Translations under genes and position numbers: made by a program | In this document: piece by piece, positions 19,701 through 28,848 of the stretch | Numbering within the stretch: position 1 is the stretch's first letter | Layout: each line of letters opens with the position of its first letter | Assembly: GCA_045611785.1 (NCBI GenBank) | Contig: JAZKXV010000021.1 | Span: 14,903-78,902, forward strand | Length of the DNA stretch: 64,000 nucleotides | Source: Alphaproteobacteria bacterium | Lineage (GTDB): Bacteria; Pseudomonadota; Alphaproteobacteria; RF32; CAG-239 | Direction: 5' to 3' | Notes under the pieces: generated by a model | Databases searched by the model: none | What the model saw: only the letters and a program-made list of their open reading frames with translations | What the model was told of the DNA's origin: nothing

Positions 19701-20977
19701 ACATTTGCAGCCTTAAACCCAGAACCGATACCATTTAGACCCAACACATCATTAGATGTTGTAATTACTTGTGCCTGATTAATTACACCACCCAAAATTC
19801 TTCCTATATTATCATATGCAACATTTGATTTCACATATCCCATGAGTGTACCACTTGTGGATACAGCTGTTCCGTCTCTTAATGCAATAGCTATCAAATT
19901 TCCCAAATAATCGTAGACCGGTCCTGCTTGTGCAATTTGACCTATTGCTGCTCCGTCTTTATTATAAACAACGCCCTTAGCACCTACTTTACCTACAACA
20001 TCTTGAGCTTTTGCAATTTCTCCATTAGGCAATAAACGTCCAAGATATTTTCCGTTAAAATCAGTAGCTGTTGCTGATATATCTATATACCAACCGATAA
20101 CATTACCTTCTGTATTAACAATTTTATCGTCTGCTCTTAACTTACCAATTATTTGATTATTATGAACAACTTCACCATTATAAGTAATAAGTCCTATATA
20201 ATTACCCAAATTATCAAAAGCATAGCCGCTAGATACTATTTTACCAATAACTTCTGAATTGTCTGCATATACATATCCGTTTGCATGAACAGAACCTATA
20301 TTCTTTGTACTAAAATCTGTTACTCTGCCACCAGGCACAACGCTTCCGATAAAGTCACCTGTAGATGAAACCACCATTTTTGATGATATCAACTTTCCAT
20401 CTAATACATATCCTGCGCCATTGTTTCTATATGCATAACCTGTTGGAGAAACAAAACCTACATTTTGACCTTCCATACTGACGTAAAGACCATCACCGGT
20501 TAATCGACCAACTGTTTTTCCATCATCATTATACACTAATCCAGGATATAAAACGGCACCCATAACATTATAAGAATCATCTACGACCAATGCGTTAGGT
20601 AACACTTTACCGATGATTTTACCTGTAGGCAACCTAACTGTACCATCATTATTTACTTTACCTAACAATTTGTTATCATTGCTTATAACAACACCTTGAG
20701 GAACTACACCACCAATAATTGTACCATCATTATTGATGATAAAACTATCAGCGGTAATATTACCGATAATTTCATTTTTTAAGCCAATAACAGAACCATC
20801 AGGAATAACTTTTCCTATAATTTCGCCATTAAAGTCTATAGCTGTAATTTCATTGGCGTATGCAAAGCTCGCCATAACAACAGTAAGTGTTACAAGACTA
20901 ATTAAAAATCTAATTTTATTACTTATCTTATTAAGCACCCTAATTCCTCCGATTTTGAGCAACTTCTTGCAATGCAT
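16721..20977 (-). CDS. virB10: Giant VirB10 (1418 aa): N-terminal TM anchor, about 900 aa of 17-residue tandem repeats, then a canonical VirB10/TrbI C-terminal domain and a Pro-rich tail.
   Basis: C-terminal region ...IVIPAGSRLIGKMSGFG...FEGLTGDAQGRAGALGY...VAYIPAGTRMIIYPQIDLW matches the VirB10/TrbI barrel domain. The N-terminal region is built from repeats of the form x-[ND]-G-x-[VI]-[IL]-G-x-V-x-x-D-G-x-V-x-D, shared with ORF 20940..26048. Confidence 0.8.
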   Translation of the reverse strand: MHCKKLLKIGGIRVLNKISNKIRFLISLVTLTVVMASFAYANEITAIDFNGEIIGKVIPDGSVIGLKNEIIGNITADSFIINNDGTIIGGVVPQGVVISNDNKLLGKVNNDGTVRLPTGKIIGKVLPNALVVDDSYNVMGAVLYPGLVYNDDGKTVGRLTGDGLYVSMEGQNVGFVSPTGYAYRNNGAGYVLDGKLISSKMVVSSTGDFIGSVVPGGRVTDFSTKNIGSVHANGYVYADNSEVIGKIVSSGYAFDNLGNYIGLITYNGEVVHNNQIIGKLRADDKIVNTEGNVIGWYIDISATATDFNGKYLGRLLPNGEIAKAQDVVGKVGAKGVVYNKDGAAIGQIAQAGPVYDYLGNLIAIALRDGTAVSTSGTLMGYVKSNVAYDNIGRILGGVINQAQVITTSNDVLGLNGIGSGFKAANVPYKISPFGYVYSIDNVVIGNTLSLLSLYKETGEVSGYMGINGNIEGYPTEQGVKLTQHGMIIDSSNNILGYQINPYYVMKSGGSIMGRMAQNNMITDNKGAVIAKVVPENDIVESSDKLSDTYMPVVGFSGDNYLAIGFNGNMLGYARANGEVYDYQSNKIGSVEEGDLIVGVDKSVIGKLIGYKSAVNEGCEFIGVTTPKGDLRNGRDVVVGRILANNQIISDTGAVNGFIPESGIVTDFEGKNLGTINAFGQVLDYNKSKIGCINNRGRLYNADNKFVAATVRPSVVMNFNNVIIGRVLKNGKVVDNNNKIIGYVLPNDNVVSTDGKKVLGLAFRYKFAFDKDNNFIGRVNNKAEVVSVENKVLAKVMYDGTVVVDKKNIGYALYDVYVYNEENQVIGYITKGGTVTGFSGNKLGVADRGFLVDKSYNLIGRGSRDYFIRNSSHEIVGELLLNGSVIDNRSSVFGEVSGSGEIRNESGKLLAKARYLQYYNPKKPIIKQEEKQEEPQIQIGKLSAPEISEREPIDETDKETQDMTGKYGLKAIGIAVTPDGNYLGEILSNNDVINKLGELVGTRTPDGLIIGKDGGLEGIEDVKNTSAEKMYVMGDKGDGGAYGIGSMPTNLGAGGGFGAGERYDPVRAQILASNQDLRRSEFAVGKISTGHSKEAFDGMQANWGESRELSTWRVDMSEMILEDKPIPAVLARSIMSGAHSVPVTAIVERNVYAEVGRNIVIPAGSRLIGKMSGFGGGNSGGAVRTTISWTRLIRPDGSAFKFEGLTGDAQGRAGALGYLDEQLAKKYGLPLLTQLLTDATAFVMAAGENTSDGNGGSTQDSRSEAAADARQNFIQGMDDIFKKILEDKTSIEPVAYIPAGTRMIIYPQIDLWIRTADREKEEEASKESSTGPLITGDESKPLNKAEKSSSSGGSTSSKTEVYGGTESDAQPVNGGLLDEEPTNNKRSPRPMPAYATTPPPSTNTIAPPPPSGASGATLF

Positions 20978-23900
20978 AGCCAGCTACTTTTTTATCTAAA
21001 TTTACAAAAGATCCATTACTTTTCAAGTATCCTATTTCTCTGCCGCCTACGTTTACAACTTTTCCGTTTGAATCTAAATATCCTAAATATTTGCCGTCTC
21101 CAGATAAAATAGTTGTACCAATCTTGTAGATTATACCGATAATATTATTTTGATTATCGACAACAAAGCCGCCGGATAAAGTTTTACCTATAACAGCATT
21201 ATCCTTTGATCTGATTTTGCCATCAAAAGAAACATATCCGATTACATTGTCTTTATTGCTAATAACAATATCACCGTTAACGATTTCTCCAATGATTATT
21301 CCTTCCGAATTGCTTACTTTACCATCAGAATGCACATTTCCTATGACAATGTTTTTAGTATTAATAACTGAACCATCAGGTAATGTAGCACCAACGACAT
21401 TTCCACCAAAATCAATCACTGTACCCCTTTTAATAACGCTTAAGTTTTTATCGGTTGCACCACCAGGAAGTACAAATGTAACAAAATTACCGTTTAAGTC
21501 TATTAATTCACCTAAAGAGTTAATGTAACCTCTATATTGTCCAAACAAATCAACGGCTAAATCTTCACCGACATTTTCTCCCAACACTTTGTTAACTTCA
21601 TTAAGCACTAAACCGCTACCGTTTTCATATGCAACAACAGTCCCCATAGAATCTACCACATCGCCGTTTGCTGTTATGTAGCCTAAATATGAACCATCAT
21701 ATCCGATAGCTGAACCGGTTTTAACAATTCCCCCCATATATTCGCCATTGTGATTAAACCATCTGCCGCTAGCATCTGAAACACCAATATCTTCGCCAAA
21801 CTTATTAACAACACGACCGTCAAAATTTATAAATCCGGCCTTTTCTCCTTTAGGCGTTGTAACATATCCCATGGTTAATATTTTTCCATGTACCGATCCG
21901 TAGAAGCTATTACCGTCACCATATATACTTTCTATAGCCAAACCTTTAGTATCATAAACTTTACCATCAGCAAAAACTCGACCTATTTCTTCCATTGATG
22001 ATGAAACAACACGGTTATATTCCGGTAATGCAACACCAATTATACGATTTTTATCGCTGATAATATATTTGTGTAAAAACAGTTTTGCTCCCGGATGATC
22101 TTTTAATATAAAAGTTCCATCGCTTTTAAATGTTGTCAAAAGATTACCTTTCATATCAAAAGCGTAAAATTTATCAACCAGTTTTCCTAAATAGCCACCA
22201 CTAAAGTCATACACTTCTCCGGTTGGAGCAACGCATCCAACAGCTTTTGATGCTGATGAAACCACTTGTCCGTCTGGAGTTAATCTGCCTATAATATTAC
22301 CTCCGGCATTAACTGCTACTTTATATTCAGCTACTTTCCCAACAATATCTCCTTGTTCATTTAACACTGTTCCATCAGGATTTACACATCCGACATAACT
22401 ATTGTTGCGTTTTACAATACCTTGATTATTTGCTTCACCTAAATAATTGCACTGACCATCAAAAACTCTACCTGTTTTAAGAGGTTGTCCCAAATATTGT
22501 CCGTTTTCACTATAAACGCTACCATCCATGTGAACTCTGTAGGGCATTTCCTTGTTATTTTTTAATACTTTTCCACTTTTATCCAATGTGCCCACATTTG
22601 CACATCCCCAACCGACAATCATGCCGCTCTTAACTCCTTTACCAATATATTTGGTACCGGTATTATCTCTGACTAATCCGTTAGGAAGTATTCTGCCGAT
22701 TACTAAATCTTGAGAGTTTATAACTTCACCATTATCTTTTACCGTACCTAAAAGCTCTCCGTTTGGACTTATAGGAACGTATTCTACTTTAATAACAGAA
22801 CCAATAGTCTTTCTATCATAAGCTACAACATAGCCACTTTTATCTACAACACCGATAACGTTGCCATATTTATCTATAGCATTTCCGTTTTCATCAATAT
22901 ATCCGATAACATTACCTTTTTCATCGACAACCACATTTACATAATCTCCGGCTTTTCCGATTACGTTGCCTTCATTATCTACAATTGTACCATCTTCTTG
23001 TACTTTTCCTATTATATTTCCGTCAAAGTCTATAACATTACCGTTTTCATCAATGTATCCGATTACATTACCATTTTCATCATAAGCTATTCTTCTTGAT
23101 TCGCCTTGTTTTCCTGCTGCTGAATAAACCTCGCCTTTTTCATCAGCAAAACCAATCATTTTACCATTAGCACCGATAATTTCATTATCTGCATTTACAT
23201 AACCTATTACGGTACCGCTTTCATCTACAGCTACATCAGCAGAACCGCCAAGTTTAGCATAAACAACGCCATCAGCACCTATAAAAGAACCATCTTCTTG
23301 CATTCTGCCTAACAATGTACCATCAACATTTAGCATTGTGCCATCTTCTTGCACCACCCCAATCAACTTGCCGTTGGCATCTACCAGAGCTACTTCTTCG
23401 CTAATAACACCAACCTTGTTTCCATCCCCATCAACAATAGTTCCATCAGGCAATGCCATACCGACAAGTGCGCCATTTTCATCCACAACAGTTCCATCAG
23501 GCAACGCCATACCAATAAGCTTGCCGTTTTCATCATATACAGCCTTATTTCCACTAATAGTGCCCATTAGTTGTCCATCGGCACCTACAAGATCATTTTC
23601 TCCAAATGTTTTGCCGATAACTTGACCTTCATTACTTACTATGCTGCCTTTATCAACTTTTCTGCCAAGGGTGTTCCCATCTTCATCTGTAATTGAGCCG
23701 TCTTGATTAATTTTATATAAAACTTCGCCGCTACTATCCTCGACCGTACCATCTAGCTTTTTGCGACCTATAAGATTTCCCTCTTGGTCGTAAACGGCTT
23801 TATCCGTACTAACTTTACCGATTACATTTCCGTTCGCATCGACAACTGTTCCATCAGGTAAAGCTTTACCGATTACATTTCCGTTTTCATCCACAACTGT

Positions 23901-26048
23901 TCCGTCAGCAAGCACTCTACCGATTACATTTCCGTTTTCATCATAAACCAGATTTTCATCACCGACTATACCCATAACATTACCTTTGTCATCGAATAAT
24001 GTTTCTTGCTCAAGTTGGGTACCTATCTTATTTCCATCAAAGTCAACCACACTACCGCTTGCATCTACATAACCTATTGCTTGGCCATTATCATCATATG
24101 CAAGTTTAGTTTTTTCTTCCACTACATTGCCGACTTCTTCGCCATTGCTATCAACTACAGTACCTTTTTTGACCTTTTTACCTATAGTTTTTCCTTTTTT
24201 ATCAACTACTGTTCCGTCTGCATTTATCTTGTATGCGGTTTCACCATTGAGGTCAACAACCGTTCCATCTTGCTTTCTGCGACCCATAAGCTTTCCGTTT
24301 TCATCATAAACAGCTTTATCCTTACTAACTTTACCGATAACGTTTCCGTTTGCATCAACTACTGTTCCATCAGGTAAAGCTTTGCCGATAACATTTCCGT
24401 TTGCATCAACTACTGTTCCGTCCGGAAGCACTCTTCCTATGATATTACCGTTTTCATCATATACTACATTTTCATTTCCAAGCACACCAAGCACTTTGCC
24501 GTTTTCATCAAACAATGTATCTTTTTCAAGCTGTGTGCCAATAACTTTTCCGTTATTATCAAGCGCTCTACCATTACTATCAATATATCCGATAGATTTT
24601 CCGTTTTTATCTTTGATAACTTTTTTACCTTTTTTAATGCGGCCAAGTTTCTTTTTATCTACAGTGTAGGCTTCGCCATTTTCATCTACATAACCGACGA
24701 TATTACCGTTTTCATCTACAATTGAGTTATCAGGCATTACAACACCTAAAACATTTCCGTTTTCATCTACAGCTGTTTTACCTGATTGGCTCACATACCC
24801 GATAACATTGCCATCAATATCAACAACTTCGCCTTTTTCATTTAAACGGCCTATAACGTTGCCATCTTTATCAACAACAGTTCCGTCATCAAGAACTTTT
24901 CCTATAATATTACCATTTTCATCATAAACATATCCAGCTTCTACAGCCTTTCCTATAACATCACCATCTAAGTCAACGATACTACCATCAGCCAACATTT
25001 TACCGATAACATTACCTTTAAAATCAACAGCTGTTCCATCCGGAGTTACAAAACCGATAATATTTCCATTATCATCATAAATAAGTTTTTTATTACCAGC
25101 TACGCCAATGATATTACCATCATTATCAACAACCAATCCGTCTGAATTTACACGTCCGATTATGTTACCATTTTCATCTCTTACGTAACCTTCTTCATCA
25201 ATGTAACCTAGTACATTTCCATCAGGATCATAAGCGACCCTCATTTTTGATGTATCTGCGCTAACCGTGCCTATTACATTGCCATTTTCATCAACGACTT
25301 CGCCATTTTCATTGAGATATCCTATTACATTGCCATTTTCATCAAGCACTCTTCCATCTGCAGTTACTCTTCCGATAATATTTCCATCTGCATCACGAAC
25401 AATTCTATCTCCACCTGCCACACCGCCAGCACTACCGGTTGTTTCGCAATAATTACAATCGTCTTTTGTAATTGCCTTACCTTCAACCGGAACTTTTTCA
25501 GCTTTTGCACTTGCTGTACTGACTGTTGTTTCATGCCATGAGATTATAAAATTGTTTTGAACGTTACCCGAAACAACAGGCGCCCATCTCATGGTAATGT
25601 TACATGTTTGATTACCTCTCAATTCGGCACTGGTACAACCATCTTCATAAGTAAAACCATCAAACGGAGGTTCAGCTAATTTAACTGAAACTACTCTAAT
25701 GGATCCTTTGCCATTTGTACCAATTGTTAACACATTTTGTGCTACAGTGCCTAAAACGACCTGTCCCATTGATATCGGATTTGGCGTAGTAGTAATAGGA
25801 TCTTCAGCATCACCTAATTCATCAAATTCTATCGCTTCTGTTAAAAGGTCATTATTTTCTTCTATTCCTAAAACATCATCATCGTCGGTAAACACAACTT
25901 CTTGAGGTTCCTCTACCTCTCCGCCGCTAGAAAACAGCAACAGCAAACCAAATAGAAAAATTACAAAAAATGTAATACCTACAATTAAGATTATTCGATT
26001 TGTTTTACGTATATATCTTTCAGATGATGTTAGGACTTCTTTACTCAT
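20940..26048 (-). CDS. 1702-aa membrane-anchored repeat protein encoded between virB9 and virB10: N-terminal TM, Ig-like (ASH/DUF1573-like) domain, then about 85 tandem 17-residue repeats.
   Basis: TM IILIVGITFFVIFLFGLLLLF. Residues about 90-170, GQVVLGTVAQNVLTIGTNGKGSIRVVSVKLAEPPF...CTSAELRGNQTCNITMRWAPVVSG, fit the ASH/DUF1573 beta-sandwich pattern. The rest repeats as ...DENGNVIGKVLDDGTVVDKDGNVIGRLNEKGEVVD.... An internal tandem duplication of about 172 aa/516 bp is present. The gene overlaps both flanking genes (4 nt and 38 nt). Confidence 0.75.
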   Translation of the reverse strand: MSKEVLTSSERYIRKTNRIILIVGITFFVIFLFGLLLLFSSGGEVEEPQEVVFTDDDDVLGIEENNDLLTEAIEFDELGDAEDPITTTPNPISMGQVVLGTVAQNVLTIGTNGKGSIRVVSVKLAEPPFDGFTYEDGCTSAELRGNQTCNITMRWAPVVSGNVQNNFIISWHETTVSTASAKAEKVPVEGKAITKDDCNYCETTGSAGGVAGGDRIVRDADGNIIGRVTADGRVLDENGNVIGYLNENGEVVDENGNVIGTVSADTSKMRVAYDPDGNVLGYIDEEGYVRDENGNIIGRVNSDGLVVDNDGNIIGVAGNKKLIYDDNGNIIGFVTPDGTAVDFKGNVIGKMLADGSIVDLDGDVIGKAVEAGYVYDENGNIIGKVLDDGTVVDKDGNVIGRLNEKGEVVDIDGNVIGYVSQSGKTAVDENGNVLGVVMPDNSIVDENGNIVGYVDENGEAYTVDKKKLGRIKKGKKVIKDKNGKSIGYIDSNGRALDNNGKVIGTQLEKDTLFDENGKVLGVLGNENVVYDENGNIIGRVLPDGTVVDANGNVIGKALPDGTVVDANGNVIGKVSKDKAVYDENGKLMGRRKQDGTVVDLNGETAYKINADGTVVDKKGKTIGKKVKKGTVVDSNGEEVGNVVEEKTKLAYDDNGQAIGYVDASGSVVDFDGNKIGTQLEQETLFDDKGNVMGIVGDENLVYDENGNVIGRVLADGTVVDENGNVIGKALPDGTVVDANGNVIGKVSTDKAVYDQEGNLIGRKKLDGTVEDSSGEVLYKINQDGSITDEDGNTLGRKVDKGSIVSNEGQVIGKTFGENDLVGADGQLMGTISGNKAVYDENGKLIGMALPDGTVVDENGALVGMALPDGTIVDGDGNKVGVISEEVALVDANGKLIGVVQEDGTMLNVDGTLLGRMQEDGSFIGADGVVYAKLGGSADVAVDESGTVIGYVNADNEIIGANGKMIGFADEKGEVYSAAGKQGESRRIAYDENGNVIGYIDENGNVIDFDGNIIGKVQEDGTIVDNEGNVIGKAGDYVNVVVDEKGNVIGYIDENGNAIDKYGNVIGVVDKSGYVVAYDRKTIGSVIKVEYVPISPNGELLGTVKDNGEVINSQDLVIGRILPNGLVRDNTGTKYIGKGVKSGMIVGWGCANVGTLDKSGKVLKNNKEMPYRVHMDGSVYSENGQYLGQPLKTGRVFDGQCNYLGEANNQGIVKRNNSYVGCVNPDGTVLNEQGDIVGKVAEYKVAVNAGGNIIGRLTPDGQVVSSASKAVGCVAPTGEVYDFSGGYLGKLVDKFYAFDMKGNLLTTFKSDGTFILKDHPGAKLFLHKYIISDKNRIIGVALPEYNRVVSSSMEEIGRVFADGKVYDTKGLAIESIYGDGNSFYGSVHGKILTMGYVTTPKGEKAGFINFDGRVVNKFGEDIGVSDASGRWFNHNGEYMGGIVKTGSAIGYDGSYLGYITANGDVVDSMGTVVAYENGSGLVLNEVNKVLGENVGEDLAVDLFGQYRGYINSLGELIDLNGNFVTFVLPGGATDKNLSVIKRGTVIDFGGNVVGATLPDGSVINTKNIVIGNVHSDGKVSNSEGIIIGEIVNGDIVISNKDNVIGYVSFDGKIRSKDNAVIGKTLSGGFVVDNQNNIIGIIYKIGTTILSGDGKYLGYLDSNGKVVNVGGREIGYLKSNGSFVNLDKKVAGYALQEVAQNRRN

Positions 26049-27757
26049 TGTACTCTTACCACGCTACAGAACACACCATTACGACCTAATTGGCTACAAA
26101 TTTCATCACCGGTATCGATTGATTCAACAGGACCAATTCTTAAATGAAACAACTCTTTACCTTGTCCGTCTGCAGGAGCATCAACAGAGTAAAATGGCTG
26201 ATATCCGCCTAATACAGAATTGTACTTTCTGGATAATTCATGCCACAAGCCTTCCAAATTATCAACATCAGAATCTGTACCTAATTCAACAGAAATACTG
26301 GTAGCTTCTTCTCCTTCAAAACCTCGACCAAAGCTATATCCGCCCATCCCTTTAGCAACATTTTGCATTACAGAATAACCCTCTTGATTACCCATATTAG
26401 GTTTGTTTTTACCCATACCTTGCATTTGATTTTTAACGTATTCAGGTATTAAAAGCTCTCCATTTGGCCCCATTTTCACCACATACTCACCGGCAACACG
26501 CTCAGATGATGCTGAAGATGCTGAAGACGAATAACTTCCTGTTTCAACATTTGCTCTTAAATCGTTATTACCACTACCTTCTGCACCAGCACCACCTACA
26601 TTGATAGATGAAGAAATAGGAGCAACATTAACTACTGGTTCTGGAGCTTTTTTATTAATATCTATTAAGTCAAAACCTTGAACCACGCCACCTTGTTGAG
26701 GGTTCATTCCTGTAGGAATTTTTGGTGAAACCTGCCAATCGTTTTGATTTTCATATTGAGCAAATTCTGTACCTGATTCATCAGATCTGCGAAGCTTTAA
26801 ACAAACTATGCGTTTACCATTTCGCAAAACCATATCTCCGATACCTTCAACTATAATTAAGCGGTTATCAGGACCAGCCGCTCTAAAACCAACCGGAGTT
26901 TCAACTCTTTCGACGATAAACGTAACTATAGGACGCTGTGTCATTGTAAGAGCTCTTTCTCCAAAATCAATATAAGTGAAGATATCATCTCTCCAAACTC
27001 TTTCAGGAGCGATAACAACATCATCCGGATTAGGAACATACACTTCTATATCAAAACGGAACTTCGTCGGATCTAAAGGCATATTCTTTATCCAATCTTC
27101 TTTTTGATTACGCTTAGTAAATGTAGAAACTGCCGATTTTTTACCTCCGTTGAAACCTCCGGAATTTACTCTGGACCCACCACCAACAGAGCCTACAGAG
27201 CCGGATTCAGTTTGAGCAGAATCTAACACTTCAATATCAATAACAGAGTTTGTTAATCTTTCTGTATTAAAACCTTCACTTCTTGCATAAAACACATATT
27301 TATTACCGGAGCGGCCGAAAACTATAATATTTGTATCAACACCAAATCCGTTTTGAGGATACAATAAAAGCGTATTAGGTCCTGAAATCTGTCCGGCAAA
27401 TTTATTATTATCACCTATATACACATCCTCAACCATTTCCCATTCAGGAAAGTTTATCAATGTTAACATACCTTCTCTTAAACGCAACGGCAAAACCAAG
27501 TCCGGAGACCAATAATATTTTGAATAAGCAGGTTTTGTTTGCCCTTCTCCTAAATTTTGAAGAGGATCAAGCCAAGCACTTTGCGTCATACCAAGAGAAC
27601 CCATCGCATAACTCATATTCATTGACGGATATTGCCCTTGTGCGTTATCGGCTGTTTGATCAAGGCTATTTGTAGTAACTTGTGCATGAACTGAAGAGCA
27701 CATTACCACATATGTTAATACTGAAAATATTTTACTTAAAAACTTTACCATTTCCAC
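26045..27757 (-). CDS. virB9: VirB9 fused to a C-terminal SPOR (peptidoglycan-binding) domain (570 aa).
   Basis: Signal peptide. VirB9 N-domain-like LPLRLREGMLTLINFPEWEMVEDVYIGDNNKFAGQISGPNTLLLYPQ. C-domain-like TYIDFGERALTMTQRPIVTFIVERVE...RIVCLKLRR. Ser/Gly low-complexity linker. C-terminus ...KELFHLRIGPVESIDTGDEICSQLGRNGVFCSVVRV matches the SPOR consensus (RIGPF...A...C..L...G..C.VV). Confidence 0.75.
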   Translation of the reverse strand: MEMVKFLSKIFSVLTYVVMCSSVHAQVTTNSLDQTADNAQGQYPSMNMSYAMGSLGMTQSAWLDPLQNLGEGQTKPAYSKYYWSPDLVLPLRLREGMLTLINFPEWEMVEDVYIGDNNKFAGQISGPNTLLLYPQNGFGVDTNIIVFGRSGNKYVFYARSEGFNTERLTNSVIDIEVLDSAQTESGSVGSVGGGSRVNSGGFNGGKKSAVSTFTKRNQKEDWIKNMPLDPTKFRFDIEVYVPNPDDVVIAPERVWRDDIFTYIDFGERALTMTQRPIVTFIVERVETPVGFRAAGPDNRLIIVEGIGDMVLRNGKRIVCLKLRRSDESGTEFAQYENQNDWQVSPKIPTGMNPQQGGVVQGFDLIDINKKAPEPVVNVAPISSSINVGGAGAEGSGNNDLRANVETGSYSSSASSASSERVAGEYVVKMGPNGELLIPEYVKNQMQGMGKNKPNMGNQEGYSVMQNVAKGMGGYSFGRGFEGEEATSISVELGTDSDVDNLEGLWHELSRKYNSVLGGYQPFYSVDAPADGQGKELFHLRIGPVESIDTGDEICSQLGRNGVFCSVVRVQ

Positions 27758-27764
27758 AAACCTT

Positions 27765-28544
27765 TTACTCTGCTTTATTACGTTTTAGCGAATATCTAAC
27801 TACAGTGAAGCCTACCGGATTATTAAGCCTTTCACCATATTTTACATTTTTCTTACGATACACTATTCTAAGAGAAGCTGTCCAATATTCAATCTGAGGC
27901 GCAGATGAAGAAGGATACATATCTCTTGTTTCGTACTCTACTTGCCACAAGCCTCTACCTAACTCATTCACCGTCATAATTCTGATAGATCTTGTAAGGC
28001 CTTGCTTTTTAATAATATCTAAAACTGTATTTGCTGTTTTTTCTATAAATGCCTGATAAACAGCAGATGATGACATTTCTTGTATAGGACCACCCGGCAT
28101 CCAACGAGATTCCATTTCATTTATATTATTAGAAAAAGCACTACGCATAAGCACATATTCTCTAACAAAAACCTCTGTAATATCTTTGTCATCTTCCAAA
28201 TTAACAAAAGGCTGAATATCGTACACTTGTTCCTGTTTATTTTCAAATGTAAGTATAAATGGTTCAAGACGATACAAAGGCAACAATTGCGTTATAGCCA
28301 AAAGCAATATAAAATTGCAACACAAGCTAATAGCAACCACGACAGCAAAAGCCCTTGCAGTCCACAAATATCTACGTTCTCCGGCATTAACTATTACATC
28401 TTCATGCTTTGGTTTGCGTGAAGGAGCCGGCCTGCGAGCAGCTTGAGGTGGAGCGCCACGATTTCCTATTAAACGACGATTTGTGTTATTTATACCCAAA
28501 TGTTCAGCCATTTCACACCCTATTATATTGTTGCAACAAACCAT
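27765..28544 (-). CDS. virB8: VirB8 (bitopic inner-membrane protein, NTF2-like periplasmic domain).
   Basis: Single TM VVVAISLCCNFILLLAITQLL. C-terminal ...EYWTASLRIVYRKK...NPVGFTVVRYSLKRN resembles the VirB8 C-terminal NPLGFQV.SYR motif. Confidence 0.8.
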   Translation of the reverse strand: MVCCNNIIGCEMAEHLGINNTNRRLIGNRGAPPQAARRPAPSRKPKHEDVIVNAGERRYLWTARAFAVVVAISLCCNFILLLAITQLLPLYRLEPFILTFENKQEQVYDIQPFVNLEDDKDITEVFVREYVLMRSAFSNNINEMESRWMPGGPIQEMSSSAVYQAFIEKTANTVLDIIKKQGLTRSIRIMTVNELGRGLWQVEYETRDMYPSSSAPQIEYWTASLRIVYRKKNVKYGERLNNPVGFTVVRYSLKRNKAE

Positions 28545-28735
28545 TCAGGAAGTGTGTGCGGTAGTTCAACTTCAATGCACGCACATGGTGATAACTTAAG
28601 TTCATTAACATCTTTACCTATACCAACAGGCTCCGGCTCATAATAAGAGCCGCATGACGATAGCAACATAACCATCATAAACAAAAACACTTTTTTATAC
28701 ATTGCAATGTTCCTTATAATTACATGTCTAGACAT
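28523..28735 (-). CDS. virB7: Small lipoprotein, VirB7-like (70 aa).
   Basis: Lipobox MLLSSC after a hydrophobic signal. Tiny size. Sits between two virB8 paralogs and overlaps the downstream virB8 start by 22 nt. Confidence 0.55.
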   Translation of the reverse strand: MSRHVIIRNIAMYKKVFLFMMVMLLSSCGSYYEPEPVGIGKDVNELKLSPCACIEVELPHTLPEWFVATI

Positions 28736-28848
28736 TATTACATTAAACTTTTTATTTTTAAAAGTCTAACATAACCTTCCAAATCCCCAACTTATCAACA
28801 AGTTAGAGACCCTTTTATAATATCATAAACTAAAAAGATTAAAATAAA

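Noticed and set aside
21217..25905. Plus-strand ORFs rich in Pro/Ser/Thr (for example 23338..23625, 24382..24669, 25267..25452) inside the repeat-protein gene.
   Set aside because: They are antisense readings of the GNVIG-repeat codons. The repetitive nucleotide structure generates long open frames on the opposite strand. No start or RBS context.
20940..26048. RHS/YD-repeat toxin interpretation of the 17-mer repeat protein (and of the VirB10 N-terminus).
   Set aside because: Repeat period is 17, not 20-21. There is no RHS core or PxxxxDPxGL motif and no C-terminal toxin or immunity gene. The repeat also occurs inside VirB10, arguing for a structural role.
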